A stretch of DNA of 64,000 bases from the human T2T-CHM13v2.0 reference genome, Homo sapiens. Below are positions 27,120-43,305 of this stretch, piece by piece (the first letter of the stretch is position 1; the number at the start of each line of letters is the position of its first letter). The notes below the pieces were generated by a model. That model saw nothing but the letters and a program-made list of their open reading frames with translations. It made no database searches and was not told the origin of the DNA. The position numbers and the translations under genes were made by a program. Where the stretch lies: assembly GCF_009914755.1 (NCBI RefSeq), contig NC_060930.1. One strand, 5' to 3'.

Positions 27120-27440
27120 AATAATAGTTAATTTTATTTATTGTGACTATTAAACTAGATGTGGTGCAAAATGCTCTCTATGAATTATTCTTTTTAATAC
27201 TTGCAATGACTTCATGAAATACATTCTATAGGCTGGGTTCCTAGGCAATATAGTAAGACCTTATCTCTATTTAAGAAGAAAAGAAAAGAAATAGGTTCTA
27301 TTATAGATTCCATTTCTTAATGAGAAACTAGGGGTTTAGAGATGTTAATTAACTTGCTGAGGTCATATAGCTGCAAGTAGCAGAGTCAAGATTCAAACCC
27401 AATTGACTATAAATCCCAGACTCAGAACCACTACACTACC
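27120..27440 (-). mobile_element. MIR interrupted by a short Alu fragment (about 27231-27290)
   Basis: 'tgagaaactagg...gttaattaacttgctgaggtcatatagct...gcagagtcaagattcaaaccc'. Confidence 0.8.
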
Positions 27441-27834
27441 CTCTCTCCATATCTCTTATCTTATTTCGTACCACCTTATTTCTAAGCAGTCAGAGCATAG
27501 GAATGACTGATTATAAATATGGAAAATGTGCATTAAAAACACTAATGATGTAAAAAATTGTATCTTTCTCCTATTATTCTCTGCATCACTTTGTAGATTG
27601 CATCACAAATATATCTTTGTCAAATACACTGAAAGAGCATTTTTTTCCTCTCTATATACTCACTTGTCGGAATCTTTAAAAACAAAACAAGGGAGAGGAT
27701 CATGTTTAAAATTACTATTCCATAAAATTACTAGTCCATAATGATGTCCACAATTCACTAAGCTTGGCACGTACCTCTATGGGGTATGCACATGGTTATT
27801 TTTATAATGCCTTTGTGTTCCATGAAGTTTTGCC

Positions 27835-27877
27835 TTATTCAGATAGAAAAAGGCAACTTTTTTTTCTATCTGAATAA
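27835..27877. repeat. Perfect 17-bp inverted repeat with 9-nt spacer
   Basis: TTATTCAGATAGAAAAA (27835-27851) / TTTTTCTATCTGAATAA (27861-27877). Confidence 0.95.
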
Positions 27878-28084
27878 TGAAGTTCACTGGTTAATTCATT
27901 AGTGAAAGAAGATTTTTTAAAGTTTGTCATTTTGTGCTATATTTTAACTGAAGTACTTTGATGTTAATAAAAATTGCACAAACATAGCTATGTAAAGTTT
28001 ATAGTTACTCTAAGCATGAGTAAATGTGGCTAATGGATACTTTCTAGTATATTGAGCAGATAGTAATTATGCACCATACATAAA

Positions 28085-28340
28085 GCCTTATTTGACAGGC
28101 ATATGTCAGAGCCAGCATATGTAGGGCACTGGAGTTACAGAGAAGAAGCAGACACTCCTCCTACCTTTAGGAGTCTTTCCATCTAGCTGGAGAGATACAC
28201 ATGAACAAACAATCAGAAAACAGAACAAATGCTCTGACTTGCAATGTGAGCACAGGGAACACCACGTTATTTCTACCTGGATATAGTGGGAGGATGGAAA
28301 TCAGATGTCTCATAGAGAAGAAGAGATTTGAACTGTCATT
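28085..28340 (-). mobile_element. L2 fragment
   Basis: 'ttatttgacaggcatatg...aggagtctttccatctagctggagagatacacatgaacaaacaat'. Confidence 0.6.
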
Positions 28341-28352
28341 AGAAGAAACATT

Positions 28353-28704
<352 letters not shown>

Positions 28705-29966
28705 CTAAAGGCCAGTGAGTGTGTAGTATTCAATAGGATATAGGATAAGCAGGTCTAAATATCAAGAGTGAGGTCAGGTTGAGAAATGGATTGAACATTA
28801 TCAGTATCTTGCTATTAATTAAAATCTTTGCACAGCATGAGAAGCAGAGCTAGAAGAATAGAGGCTTGAAAGGGCGATGGGGAACAGAAACATTAAAGGC
28901 GCGAGATGCTAATGAGGGGCCCAAGATGGTGCTTTAACAAATTGTTTCCCTCCTTATAAATTGTTCTATATCCAGTGCTGCCTCTCATTAGCTGTGTAAC
29001 CTTGTACAACCCTCATCCTGACACAACATCTGTCATCTGTGGAATGAAGAAAGACTCATTCATTCATTCCCAACTTGAATCCCCACAGGTAGTAATGGAG
29101 TTTTCAAACTAAACTAAAATTCCATTTAGATTTTCAGTATTACAAAATAACAGTATAACTACGGCTTGTTTACTGATTTAAAATCTTTTAAAATTTAGGG
29201 CCTGCAATTAAAATAATAAAAAATATCTACTAGTGAGAAGGTTGCAAACCATTAGCCCAGATGATTCCAGTTCTAAAAACCTGTTATTTTATTATCTCAC
29301 CGAATATTAGCAGTAGTTGGTTTTTAACATAAAATTTGTACTGCACCAAACAATATCCACAGTGTCCCCATCCCTGAGAATGCAGCCTGCCTGGCAGCTG
29401 CACGTGGCCTATTAGCACAGCCGTTTACATAAAATTTGATGATGTCTGTTTTCTTTGGTTTGTTAAAAAATAAAACACAGCATTTACAAGCAGAGCTAGA
29501 AGAATAGGGTCTTGCAATGACTTTCTTCCCAGTCATTTCTTGGGAAGAAAGCAAATGGTATAATGAAAGTAATATTGAGTTTGGACATGAATTTCCTGAA
29601 GAAGCCAAGTTTATTAATATATAGTTAGGAGTCAGATTTTTGTTTAATAATAAGGCTCTTGGAAGAAACTAAAATTAGTCTTCTGGCATGTCCCTTTTCT
29701 TCTTTGTTAAAGGGATAGGATCATAACTGCTCTCACTTCATACTTCATGGACATTTCCTAAAGAATATTTTGGAGTCTCATTGTTCTTTTGAACATTAGG
29801 TTCAAAAATAAGGTCATTTAAAAGCAATATGGTCACCTATATAACTATAGTTTTTAGAAGAAAAATTACCTTTATCTCTAAAACTTTGCTGTTACAATCA
29901 AATATTGTCACTGTATAAAATATAGGCAATAAAGTAATTAGATGGTTTTAGTTTTAATTTAATTAT

Positions 29967-30268
29967 TGTTTTTTTTAAGAGACAGGGTCTCATTCTGTCT
30001 CCCAGGCTGGAGTGCTGTGGTATGAACACAGCTCACTTCATCCTGGAACTCCTGGGTTCAAGTGATCTTTCTGCCTCTGCCTCCTGAGTAGCAAGGACTG
30101 CAAGCTCACGCCACCATGGCCAGCGAATTTTTTTTTTTTAATTCTTTGTAGAGACAGAGGTCTCACTGTGTTGCCCAGGCTCATTAGAAACTCCTGGCCT
30201 CAAGCAACCCTTCCACCTTGGCCTCCCAAAGCACTGGGATTACAGGCATGAGCCAGCACACTGGGCCT
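29967..30268 (-). mobile_element. AluJ-type Alu
   Basis: Diverged dimer, 'gacagggtctc', 'tgttgcccaggct'; flanking 'ttttagtttt'. Confidence 0.9.
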
Positions 30269-30308
30269 GATTTTAGTTTTTAGGCAATACACCTATGTAT
30301 TATATAGA

Positions 30309-30343
30309 TGTGTGTGTGCGTGTGTGTGTAGGTGTGTGTGTGT
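30309..30343. repeat. Interrupted (TG)n
   Basis: Read directly. Confidence 0.9.
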
Positions 30344-32149
30344 ATTTCTGCTTTGTCAGTTACTAGCAGAAAGCTACTATAGCACATAAATCAGAAATAC
30401 AACAAAAAGTTTGTTGTGTTAGGAGCCAAGTTTGAAACTAATAATAGTGAAGACTTTAAACAGTAGGAGAAAAATCAAAGTTTCACATTCCCTTTGCATA
30501 CATCAGAAACAAAGCCTTCGACCAGGGTTTGATACCAAGAAAACTTGAGAAACCATGGAATCCTAAATTTTAATTTTGTACCATTTCATATTTAGCATCT
30601 GTAAGAAAATGATGGAAATTTTGTGCTTCAGAAATGAATCTCACTTTCCTGACAAATATATATGTATATATACTAGTTCTTCTTCTTGCAAAAGCAGGTT
30701 TGACATATATACAAACTCAAGTTACTTATGTATAACTTTTTATTTCCTTAACTTTTAATAATTCATTCATTTCATTATATTTTGAAAGGAAAATTATACG
30801 GACTTGGATCTTCTTATAATATGAATGTATAACTGAATCTAATGGAAATTAGTACACATTTTAAACCTTTAGATGTTTAAAACTGCCTGTCTTATTCAGG
30901 CTAGTGCTTCATCAGCTGAAATTAGTATCAGCCGATTCCTTAAATTTTATGTCAACTTAAGTTCACTGACCGATTTGACAATGGGTCAATGAAAGAGGCC
31001 TGTAGGATTCTAAAGTTTAATACATACATAAGTAAAAGAATGACATTTCTTTTCCCCTCGTACATGTTTTGCAGTAGGTATTAACAAATATTTATATCCC
31101 CAAATAGCCTGTTGTTAGAGTGGGCTTTGTTCTTCCACCTCTTAAAACATACCAGAAAGGATAGTTACACAAGCTGCATTGTTCAGACTATGTCACCAGC
31201 CTATTATTTACTATAAATAATGAAATGACTGGGCAAGTGGTCTGAAGTGAGCTGTGACTCAGGGCAGTCAGTTTCTCTGTGGGTAACATATCCATGGAAT
31301 TCAGAAATAGCCCAGATTTTCAGGCCCTTTCTTTAGGAGCTGATACTACATAAAGAATGCTTGCATGTTTGCATTTTCTACACCAAATGGTACTTTATAA
31401 CTTGATGTCAAGATTTAAGGAAATATAGGAAGACTATTTTGGGCTGGGATATAAAGGAGGAAATATTAATAGTGATTATTAAGATATCTTTACACAATGT
31501 TAAGGACTGCAAGTTCACTTGATAGACAGCCTTGCTGGTAATCTGGGAATTACCTGAGGGCTTTCAAGTGGCTATTGAATTAATTTATATTGCTTTGTGA
31601 ATATAAATTGCAGCCTTCCTTCATCCAAGGAGACAAATATCCACATGCTTTTTGAGTTTTCACCTAAAATATTTAGGCCCATTAAAATAATTTATTTAGC
31701 ATTTCGCCATGTGAGATAAAACTGACAAAGCCATCTGATTTCTTTCATTTGAAAATGGAACTGCTGAGAACAACATATATACTTGGCATTGGCTTCATAA
31801 GTATAAAGTAAATAATTTAAATTATTGTCAGTGTATTATACTGTTTGATATATAGAAATATAAATATTAAACTCCTAATGAAATTCAAAGTTAACATAGG
31901 CATGTTGTAACACTGTTTTATGTTTGCAGTGTTATTTCCTCTGGGCAGTTGACATGTTTCTAAGAGTAGTTATTTAGTTCTCAAATATACCACATGAACT
32001 GCTCGGCTGCAAATGTTGTTGGCCTTGTTTTACAAACTGGAACACTTTTTTGAAGTTTATATATCAGATAAACAAATAGACTGTAATAAGGAAACTTTGA
32101 TTATTAGTTCACTGATGGCTCTCTTCATTATTTTATGAATATGCAAAAT

Positions 32150-34770
<2,621 letters not shown>

Positions 34771-35829
34771 TTAGTCTTCTCGATATTGGCATCACCAGTT
34801 TGTCTTCTAATGTATGAGACAAAATGTTTCTGAGGACATTTAGGATAATAATCCTATTGTTCTACAATATGTTTCTAGTGTAAAAAACATCACCTCCATC
34901 AGAAAAAGCAACATAATCGGAACTGAAAACTTTCATATTTTTTAATAGTTTTGTGAAAAAAATAAGAACTCTACTACAATGTTAGCTATCAAAGTCCATT
35001 GGCAGGACAATGATGTATTTTAATAGCATAGGAAAAACTACTTGCTAAATTTAATAAACTCTAAGAAAATAAAAGTTTACTAGGGGAAAATAAAAATGGA
35101 TATAGCTTTAAAAAAATGGAAAACAATAATGATTCTCACCAAAAATATTGTCTTTGCCTTTACAACAATGTATCTGACAATATTATTGCTTTGTACTTGA
35201 AGAAGTAGAATAAACTCAGGACATTAAATATCAAAAGAAATACAAATTCATATATATTTGTGACTTTGCACTTTTTAAGAAGTTATATTTGAACAAATCA
35301 TGATGAATAAAATATTCATCAAACCAGTATTCAACATTTTATTTTTGCTAGTTTCTATGATCTATTTCTCAGTAGTTCTCACAAATAAAGCTTAATTGTG
35401 TTTCTAAAAAAAAGCCAGAAAGAATGACATAATAATTTTTTCAATGGTTATTTGTAAGAGGATATAAAAGTGTAGCTATAAATAACTTCTTTAATAATTG
35501 TCTAAAATCTAGGACTTATTTTAGTAGACTTTACATAAGAGGAGTGAAGAGATCAATAAAATGAAATTTTAAGGTACATTTTTCTATGCCTTAGGCAATT
35601 TAGTGAAAGAAGAAAGAACTGAAGTGAAGCAAAGACGAAAATGTCTTTGCCTACTTATTAAATGTATGTATACTCTGCCTATTTCAAAACTGAATTTGAA
35701 GTAAGGTATTACAAATAAAACACTATATTGGGAAAATTATGATAAAAATAAGGTATTTAAATGTTCCAATGATGATTAAAATGTAAATAACTCATTTATT
35801 CAAACTTTAATATTTGAAAAATCATGTCT

Positions 35830-36260
35830 TGACCATGTACCTTCTTCCATTTCAATCCACAGTCCTTCCTAAAGTGGTCATATCCAGTTCCATGGTTTAA
35901 AATGAATGCCATCTGTATGCCATTTGTGCCTAAATTTGTATCATCAGCCTTGGTATATCTCCTTATTTCAAAATGCATATATCTAACTGTCAACTTGAGA
36001 TGTTCTTGGGTATGTCTATTATACATCTCAAAAATGGCAAGTCCAGATTCGAACTCTTATTTCATTGGTAAACATATTTCTTATTTGAAGAATTAGCAAC
36101 AACATGTACCCTGTTTATTGAAAGCACAATCTTGAGATTAATTTATAATATCACATTTTCATTCATTATGCACATGCAACACATCATAAAATCTTACCAG
36201 CAATAACACCAAAAATTGTTTGAAATCTGTCTATTCTCTCCATCTCCATTGCTAAAATCC
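35830..36260 (+). mobile_element. L2 fragment
   Basis: 'catatatctaactgtcaacttgagatg...tatgtct...catctcaaa', 'tattctctccatctccattgcta'. Confidence 0.6.
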
Positions 36261-36289
36261 TATTCACACTAGGATTTATTTTTACTAGT

Positions 36290-38130
36290 TATAATATCTG
36301 TAAAATATTTCATGAAAGAAACATAAAAAGTATATGTAAAGTTTAAGGAATATTTTTCAATGAATATTTAACATCATAAATAAAACAATATCAATAATTT
36401 TGAGGCTCCTTAAATGCTAATTAAATTGCCATCCATTTCTTGCAATGATTCACATGTTCTTCATTTTCTTACTTTTTAAAAAGTATTCTTTCACACACAA
36501 ACACACACCCTTCTTGGATAATACATTTTTTAGTTTTGATTGTCTTTGAATTTTTCTTAAATGAAGTAGTATTGTATATATTTTTCTGCAATTTACTCCT
36601 TTCTCTCCACATCTTGATTGTAGATTCACCTATGCTGATACGTCTATTTGTAGTTCATTTGTTTTTATTGTTCTACATTAGGCAATTGTCTTACTATCTT
36701 ACAATGTATATATAAATTCTAATATGGGTAAATATTTGAATGGCTTCCAAGATGATGGTTGTGGTTTTTTGATGTTTCATTGTTGTCCTTCTGGATTAAA
36801 AACAATGCTACTACAAACATTCTGGTAATAGTCTATTGTAAGTATGTGCGAGAGGTTCTACAAAGTACATATTTAGAGTAGAAGAACAAAGTTGAGATTT
36901 CCACATGTTCAAATGCAATAGATTATGCCAAACTATTAAGTGTTTGTGCTGATTTACACTCACATTAGCAATAGTTGAACATTACACTTTCTCCATTCCC
37001 TCACCAATACTCATTATTGTCTCTGACTTTTAATTTTTGTCCGTCTGTGGAGTATAAGGAGGCATCTTTTTGTTATTATAAATTTTTGTTTTCCTGATTG
37101 CTAATGCAGTTGAGCAATTTTTCTTTACTTAATGGCTGTTTATATTTCCTTTCCTCTGAAATGTACATTTGGTCATTTAAACATAATTTTATTGATTGTT
37201 TTGTAATTATTGATCTGGAGAAATTCTGTATTCTCAACACTATAGTCATTTGTTTAATCCACTTTTATAAATACCTTCTTCCAGTTCAGGTCTTGACTTT
37301 TTACTCTTTTTATGGCATATTCAGTTAATAAAATATTTATTTTAAGTAAATATATCAATATTTTCCTTTTGAGTTTGGATTTTTTTTATTATTCTTTAGC
37401 AGAAACTTTTCAACCCTTGAAGTGCGGTGATATTTTTCTATATTGTCCTCTAAAGCTTTTAAAATTTGCCTTTCACATTGAAATATTTAATACCTCTTAA
37501 AACAAGCTTTGAAAATGACACATGTAGAGATTTACTTTCACTTTTTTTTTCAAACAATATCCAGATCCCGGCACCTTAAATAGTATACTATTTCCTGATG
37601 ATCAGCAGTATAACAAATAGAGAGATTCCATACATGAGTGGGTCTATTTTAAAACTATTTCTGCCATTGGCTATTTGCCTATTCCAAATACCACATTGTC
37701 TGAATTATATAACAATAGCTTCATAATATGTCTTTGATGTTTTGTATAGCAAATTTCTTCATCTGATACTTGAGTCTTGGCTAGTGTTGTCCCTTATTTA
37801 GCAGAGAGTCTTGGCTAGTGTTGTCCCTTTATTCTTCTATATGCATTTTAAAAATTAGTTTTCAATTTTCTTAAAATCTTTAAACAATTACATTGAACCT
37901 ATCTACTATTTTTTGGAGAAATTGCATCGTTAATATATTCAGCCTTTCCACTCAAAAACATGTTATACTTCTCCAACTCTAACTTACTGGGGATTTCTTT
38001 AATGTCTTTTAGTAAATTGTTATCATTTTCTCAAGAAAGAGCTTTGTGCATTGGGTTTACCTACTTATTTGTTTATTTGTTTCTAGATACTTTATGTTCT
38101 TGGCTACATTAACCATAAGGGATATATTTT
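36290..38130 (-). mobile_element. Old L1ME 3' region
   Basis: 'aacaatgctactacaaacattctg', 'gatttacactcacattagcaa', 'cctcaccaatactc', 'catacatgagtgggtctattt'. Confidence 0.7.
37772..37829. repeat. 24-bp direct duplication with 10-bp spacer
   Basis: GAGTCTTGGCTAGTGTTGTCCCTT at 37772 and 37806. Confidence 0.95.
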
Positions 38131-38169
38131 CTGGTTGCTTCATTTAGAAATGAGAGTTCTTCAAAAATT

Positions 38170-38421
38170 TTTTTAGCTGGAAAATGACAGTAGCTTTTTA
38201 ACTGGGTTCTCTGTTTTACTTTTGTCTCCCTATAGTCCATTCTCCTTACTATCACACACTGAACATTTTATATTTCGTTATTCTTTGATGTGTTTGTGAC
38301 CTATCCTTTCTCACCAGAATTCAGTTTTCTAAGAGTAGAAACTTTGTGTTTTCTTATCAACACTGAATCACCAGTGTCTAAAACAAAGTGGGCACTTAAA
38401 AAACTTGAATGAATGAATGAA
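38170..38421 (+). mobile_element. L2 3' end
   Basis: 'ctgaatcaccagtgtcta...gggcacttaaaaaacttgaatgaatgaatgaa'. Confidence 0.7.
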
Positions 38422-39067
38422 GAGGTGAGTCACATGTATTAATATTTCTGAATGTGTAAGTCAAGATAAGGGCTCTGTCTTTCTCACAAATAGATAGATT
38501 GTATTGGCTAATAATTAATCAGCATAGGCCAAAATTTTGGAGTTGCAAAACAAAGACTATTTATAAGTAGCAGATAATATTAAAAGGACTGCTGTCCATT
38601 TACTTATTCTATTCTGTTCTCTGGATGCATTGACTTACAAGTTATCATTGAACATAGCATAGAATGATATTGTTGATCACAGGTCACCTAGTTCTACCTT
38701 TCATCCAATGTTCTAGCCTCTCTATTGCATCTTTCTTGAGTGCCAGCTTTCTTGAGTGTTAAGAGTTCCACTTAAACCCCTTCAGCAGCTGGCATCACAC
38801 CCTCTTCTCAGATTTCCATTCCATTGTCAAGTACAGTTCGTCATACTGAACTAAGCTCTGCTTCTCTTGAGTTACCATTTATTGATCTGAGCTTTGACTG
38901 CCAGATCCTCCACATTAAAAAGAAATAAATAAAAAAGAAATTCACCCTCTTTTAGCATAATAACCCTTCAAATATTTTAAGTACTGCGTTCGATATAATA
39001 GCATTTCTCTTATTTAATCTAAGCATCTGTTTATTTTCATGCATGTATTCTTTCATCTATTCTTGAT

Positions 39068-39111
39068 GACTATTTCTTGAGTGTCTTCAAGACTATTTCT
39101 TGAGTGTCTTC
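39068..39111. repeat. Tandem duplication, 23-bp period (GACTATTTCTTGAGTGTCTTC x2)
   Basis: Copies at 39068 and 39091. Confidence 0.93.
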
Positions 39112-40377
39112 CTTGTGTCAAGCATAGAAAAGGTGAACATTAATAATTTGAGAAAACATTCCTTCTCACATGTCATTATATGATAACTCCCTGAGTTAGG
39201 TCTTAACCTTTCAGAATGTACTTGTCAATTGAGTAGATATTTAGTTGAGATTTGGGGCGTCTTCTTAATTCTAGCCATAACAATGAACTATTTTTAACAA
39301 GAAGGCGCTTAGGAACTTTGAAAATTAAAACAGAGAGAGAGATAGACTAAAGTGACTTATCACACTAAAAGTCAGACTGTCTAGAAGATCATATCTCTTT
39401 ATTTCCTTTTAACAACTAAAATAATTTTAAGTTGATTCTCCAAAGAATTCCATCAAAGAGAAGATCTTAAATTTCCTGGAAAGACCATCTGGCACTTTTT
39501 ATAAGTGTTATGTTGTTTTTTAAGCTACAGAAAGCGCTCTAAGAAGAAAGCATTTTGGGATAAAAACTAAAACAAAAAATTTCAGTTTTCAATTTTGTCC
39601 CAAATCACTCTTGTCAATTACAAATATATATCTAAATATCCCAGGTTTATCTCTAATTCTATTAAAGCTAGAGCTTAAATGACTTACCTTAAAGTTGACT
39701 GGTAGTTTTTCAGAGTGTGAAGTTAATTTTCTCACACACACGTTTGTGACTGACTGTGCGAATACTCAGTTATTAGCAAATTAGCAACACAGTAAATGTG
39801 TCTCATAGAAATTAGACTAAGGGGACTAGCTGTATATGAGCCATAAAACCTATAAATCTTGTGGACAAGATCTTGACATACAAATTAGAAATAGAAATTA
39901 TTTTGAAGCCTTGGATACTGATAGTTGCATTACTTAGCACACTATGGTCTTCAGTCCCAACTTCTCATTACTGATTCCCATTTGTATGTCTTCACTCTCC
40001 ACAGACATTTACTCTAATGTTTGATATACATCCCTGTTTATATATATAACCCTTGCAAAATATACTATGTTTCGTGTGTGTCTATTATTTAATTATTTTA
40101 TATAAAGGATATTATGATGCACCAAGTGTCATAAAGTATTGTTTTGTTCAGTTTCTTGTTTTACTGAATAATTTCTATCCACATTGCTAAATGTATGTAT
40201 TTCCCAGTTTGACTATTTGAAAGGACTTATCAGGCTCCACAGAACATATTCGCATAAGGCTTTTATTTAAATTTTTTTAAAAATACAGTACAGCAAAAGA
40301 AAAAGTGTATAAGCAAACATTAGAGATTCCAAAGATATGCCATGTACAGGGCACTATTTCTGGCATAGCTCAAAGGA

Positions 40378-40738
40378 TGTCTTAGTCCATTTGGGCTGCT
40401 ACAACAAAATAGCATACTGTGTAGCTTATAAACAATAAGAATGTATTTCTTATGGTTCAGGAGGCTAAGAATTTCTAGATCAAGATGCCAGCAGAGTTGA
40501 TGTCTATAATCTATAAGGGCCCTCTTCCCTCATAGATGGCAGCTTCTAGCTGCGTCCTTGCATGGTGAAAGAGACTAGCTAGCTCTTTGTGGTCTCTTTT
40601 ATAAGGGCACTAATGATATTCCCAAGCGTAGAGCACTCACAATCTAATCACCTTTCCAAGACCGCACCTTCTAATACCATTATCTTGAAGTTTAGGATTT
40701 CAACATTTTTGGAGGACACAAACATTCAAACTATGGCA
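40378..40738 (-). mobile_element. Solo MaLR LTR, MLT1A-like
   Basis: TGTCTTAGTCCATTTGGGCTGCTA start; 'tctcttttataagggcactaat', 'ggacacaaacattcaaactatggca' end. Confidence 0.88.
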
Positions 40739-40959
40739 AAATATAAGTTCCCTGGGAAGCCTTTCTTTGTCTTTTTGGCTAAATAAACAAGCCAGGTTTG
40801 TCAAACCCCAGTGGACTAGATGCAGTCATAAGGAAAAAAACTTACCCTGGAGGTTCTCAACACATCATAAATTCAACTTCCCTTATCTTGGCCAAGGGTC
40901 AAATGCAAACACTCAATGCCCTGGAAATATAGAGTTTTTCAGCATAGTTATAAATTAAT

Positions 40960-41900
40960 TCTATCTCCACAATGTACTCTATTTCATTGCTTCTAATTGC
41001 TTTATAGTAGTTCATGCCTTGCATCCCTCAAGTATTATTTAGTCGTTCCTCTGGAAATGGATACCCAGCTTTCCAACTGACACAAACAACATTGTTATGT
41101 TTATTGGTAAATATCCTCTTGTGGGCCTATATGAAAGTTTCTCTGTGAAAATTGGATGTAAAATTACTTATTCATCAGTAGGACAATTGTATAATTTATC
41201 CTCCACACTAAACTAATTTTAAGAATGGAAGAGGGTATTATTAATAATTATGCCATGACAACATCATGAACCAGAGCCTGGGTAAACCAAGGCATAGAGT
41301 ACTCTGAATCACAGGCTGCACATATTCACGTTAACACCAACCAGACTTTTCTCCAGACCGCATAAATGTACCTGTCTACACACTTTATTGCCAACACTTT
41401 GTGTTTTCAGATTTCCAATTTTGAAATTTGACATGTGCAGTGTTCCTTCCGTTTGCATTTATATCCACATATTTGCTAGCTATGCAGTCTACCTTTCTTT
41501 TAATTTCTGATTCAAAGCTTTGGTTTATTTTTCCTGCTTATCAATTTGTTGTCAGCTTTACACCTAGCAGTTATTTTCCTTCAGTTTGTCCCCTATTCAT
41601 TAACTTTGTCTTTTACCAGAAATTCTTAATTTTGATATAGTGAATCAACTCATTTCTCATCTTTAAATTATACTATATGTAATGCTTAAGAAATATTTCC
41701 CCATCTTAAAGTCACAAAGATATTCTCCTGTATTTTCCTTCTTAAAGTCACAAAGATATTCTCCTATATTTTCTTCCATTAGCTATATGATTTTCCCTTT
41801 CATAATCAGGAATATACTGGACTTTAATTTTGTAATCAATATGAAATAGGAACCCAAGTTTATTTTTTTCTTCATATCAAAAATCTGGCTTTGACCACAG
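40960..41900 (-). mobile_element. Old L1M fragments, with a possible MER81-like insert at about 41190-41305
   Basis: 'aacaacattgttatg', 'agaaattcttaattttgatatag', 'cacaaagatattctcct'; insert text 'attattaataattatgccatgacaac'. Confidence 0.5.
41704..41773. repeat. 36-bp tandem duplication inside L1M
   Basis: TCTTAAAGTCACAAAGATATTCTCCT(G/A)TATTTTC at 41704 and 41740. Confidence 0.93.
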
Positions 41901-42525
41901 AGTTCTTGCCTTTGTGTGTAATCCTTAATCTTAACTAAGAACTCATTATCTACCATGCACCTTTGCATTTTCTCAGTTATTTAATATTTTCCACTGCTTG
42001 GCCTCTCTTTTTTGTCCTCACACTAAAGGAAGATACTGTCTGAACTAAGGTATTAAAAGGCACAGGATGATATCAGGACCCTGCTGTCACAGAGAATAGG
42101 TTTCCTGCAATTCAGGAGTGTGCAGCCTGCCAATTTTCGGTTAGCACCTGTGCCTCCTATATAGTCAGTGGAACACATGCCATCTCAACACATGGGGATC
42201 AGCAAGGAGACAAACGTTACGCATATGGGTGAAGACCAGTTCTTAGCTTTTGTTCTTCCTGTTGTACTTGTTTTTAAAAATCTAGACCTGGTTTTTAGAT
42301 AAAGAAAATGACATTCTTACAGAGCCAAAAAGGAAATTCAAGAGTTGCCTTATTTTGGATTATTGGAATATTTTTGTTATCTCTTTTATCTCTATTATTG
42401 GCTTATTACCTAAAGTTATTTGTTGGTGTTGCTTTCAGATTTGTGGTGTATATTTTTAACTTATCATAGTCTACCTCCAAGTAACATAGCACTCTACATA
42501 TGTCATGCAAACACTGCAACAGTAG

Positions 42526-42846
<321 letters not shown>

Positions 42847-43305
42847 TTCCCCACAAATCTTTGTGCTATTATCATACATTTTACCTCTAAATATGTTACG
42901 TAGAAGTTGTAAACCCCATAATATAGTTTTTAGTTTTGCTCTAAACAGTAAATGTTCTGATATAGAGAAAACACTTTTTCTGCTTTTAACCACATGTTTA
43001 CCATTTCCAGTGCTTATCACTCTTTGGCATAGATCCATGTTTCCACAAGGATCATTTCTTCTGAAGGGCTTCCTTTAACATATCTGGTAATAGAGGCCTG
43101 CTAATGTTTATTAGCTCTTGTATGTGTCTGAGAAAGTCTTTATTTTTCAAAGACATTTTCACTGGCTATGCAATTCTGTTTTTCAGTACTTTAATGATGT
43201 TTCCCTGCTGTCGTTTGGCTTCCATTGTTTCTGATGAGAAATATGCTGTCATTCTTATCTTTATTTCCTATATTACATAATATGTCTTCTTCTTTGGCTG
43301 CTTTG

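Noticed and set aside
27835-27877. Hairpin as a microRNA precursor
   Set aside because: A 17-19 bp AT-rich stem is too short for Drosha processing and matches no miRNA I recognise; kept only as a DNA-structure finding.
39688-39753. Minus-strand segment ending in AAG|GTAAGT
   Set aside because: Consensus donor but no pyrimidine tract; isolated donors are expected by chance in 64 kb.
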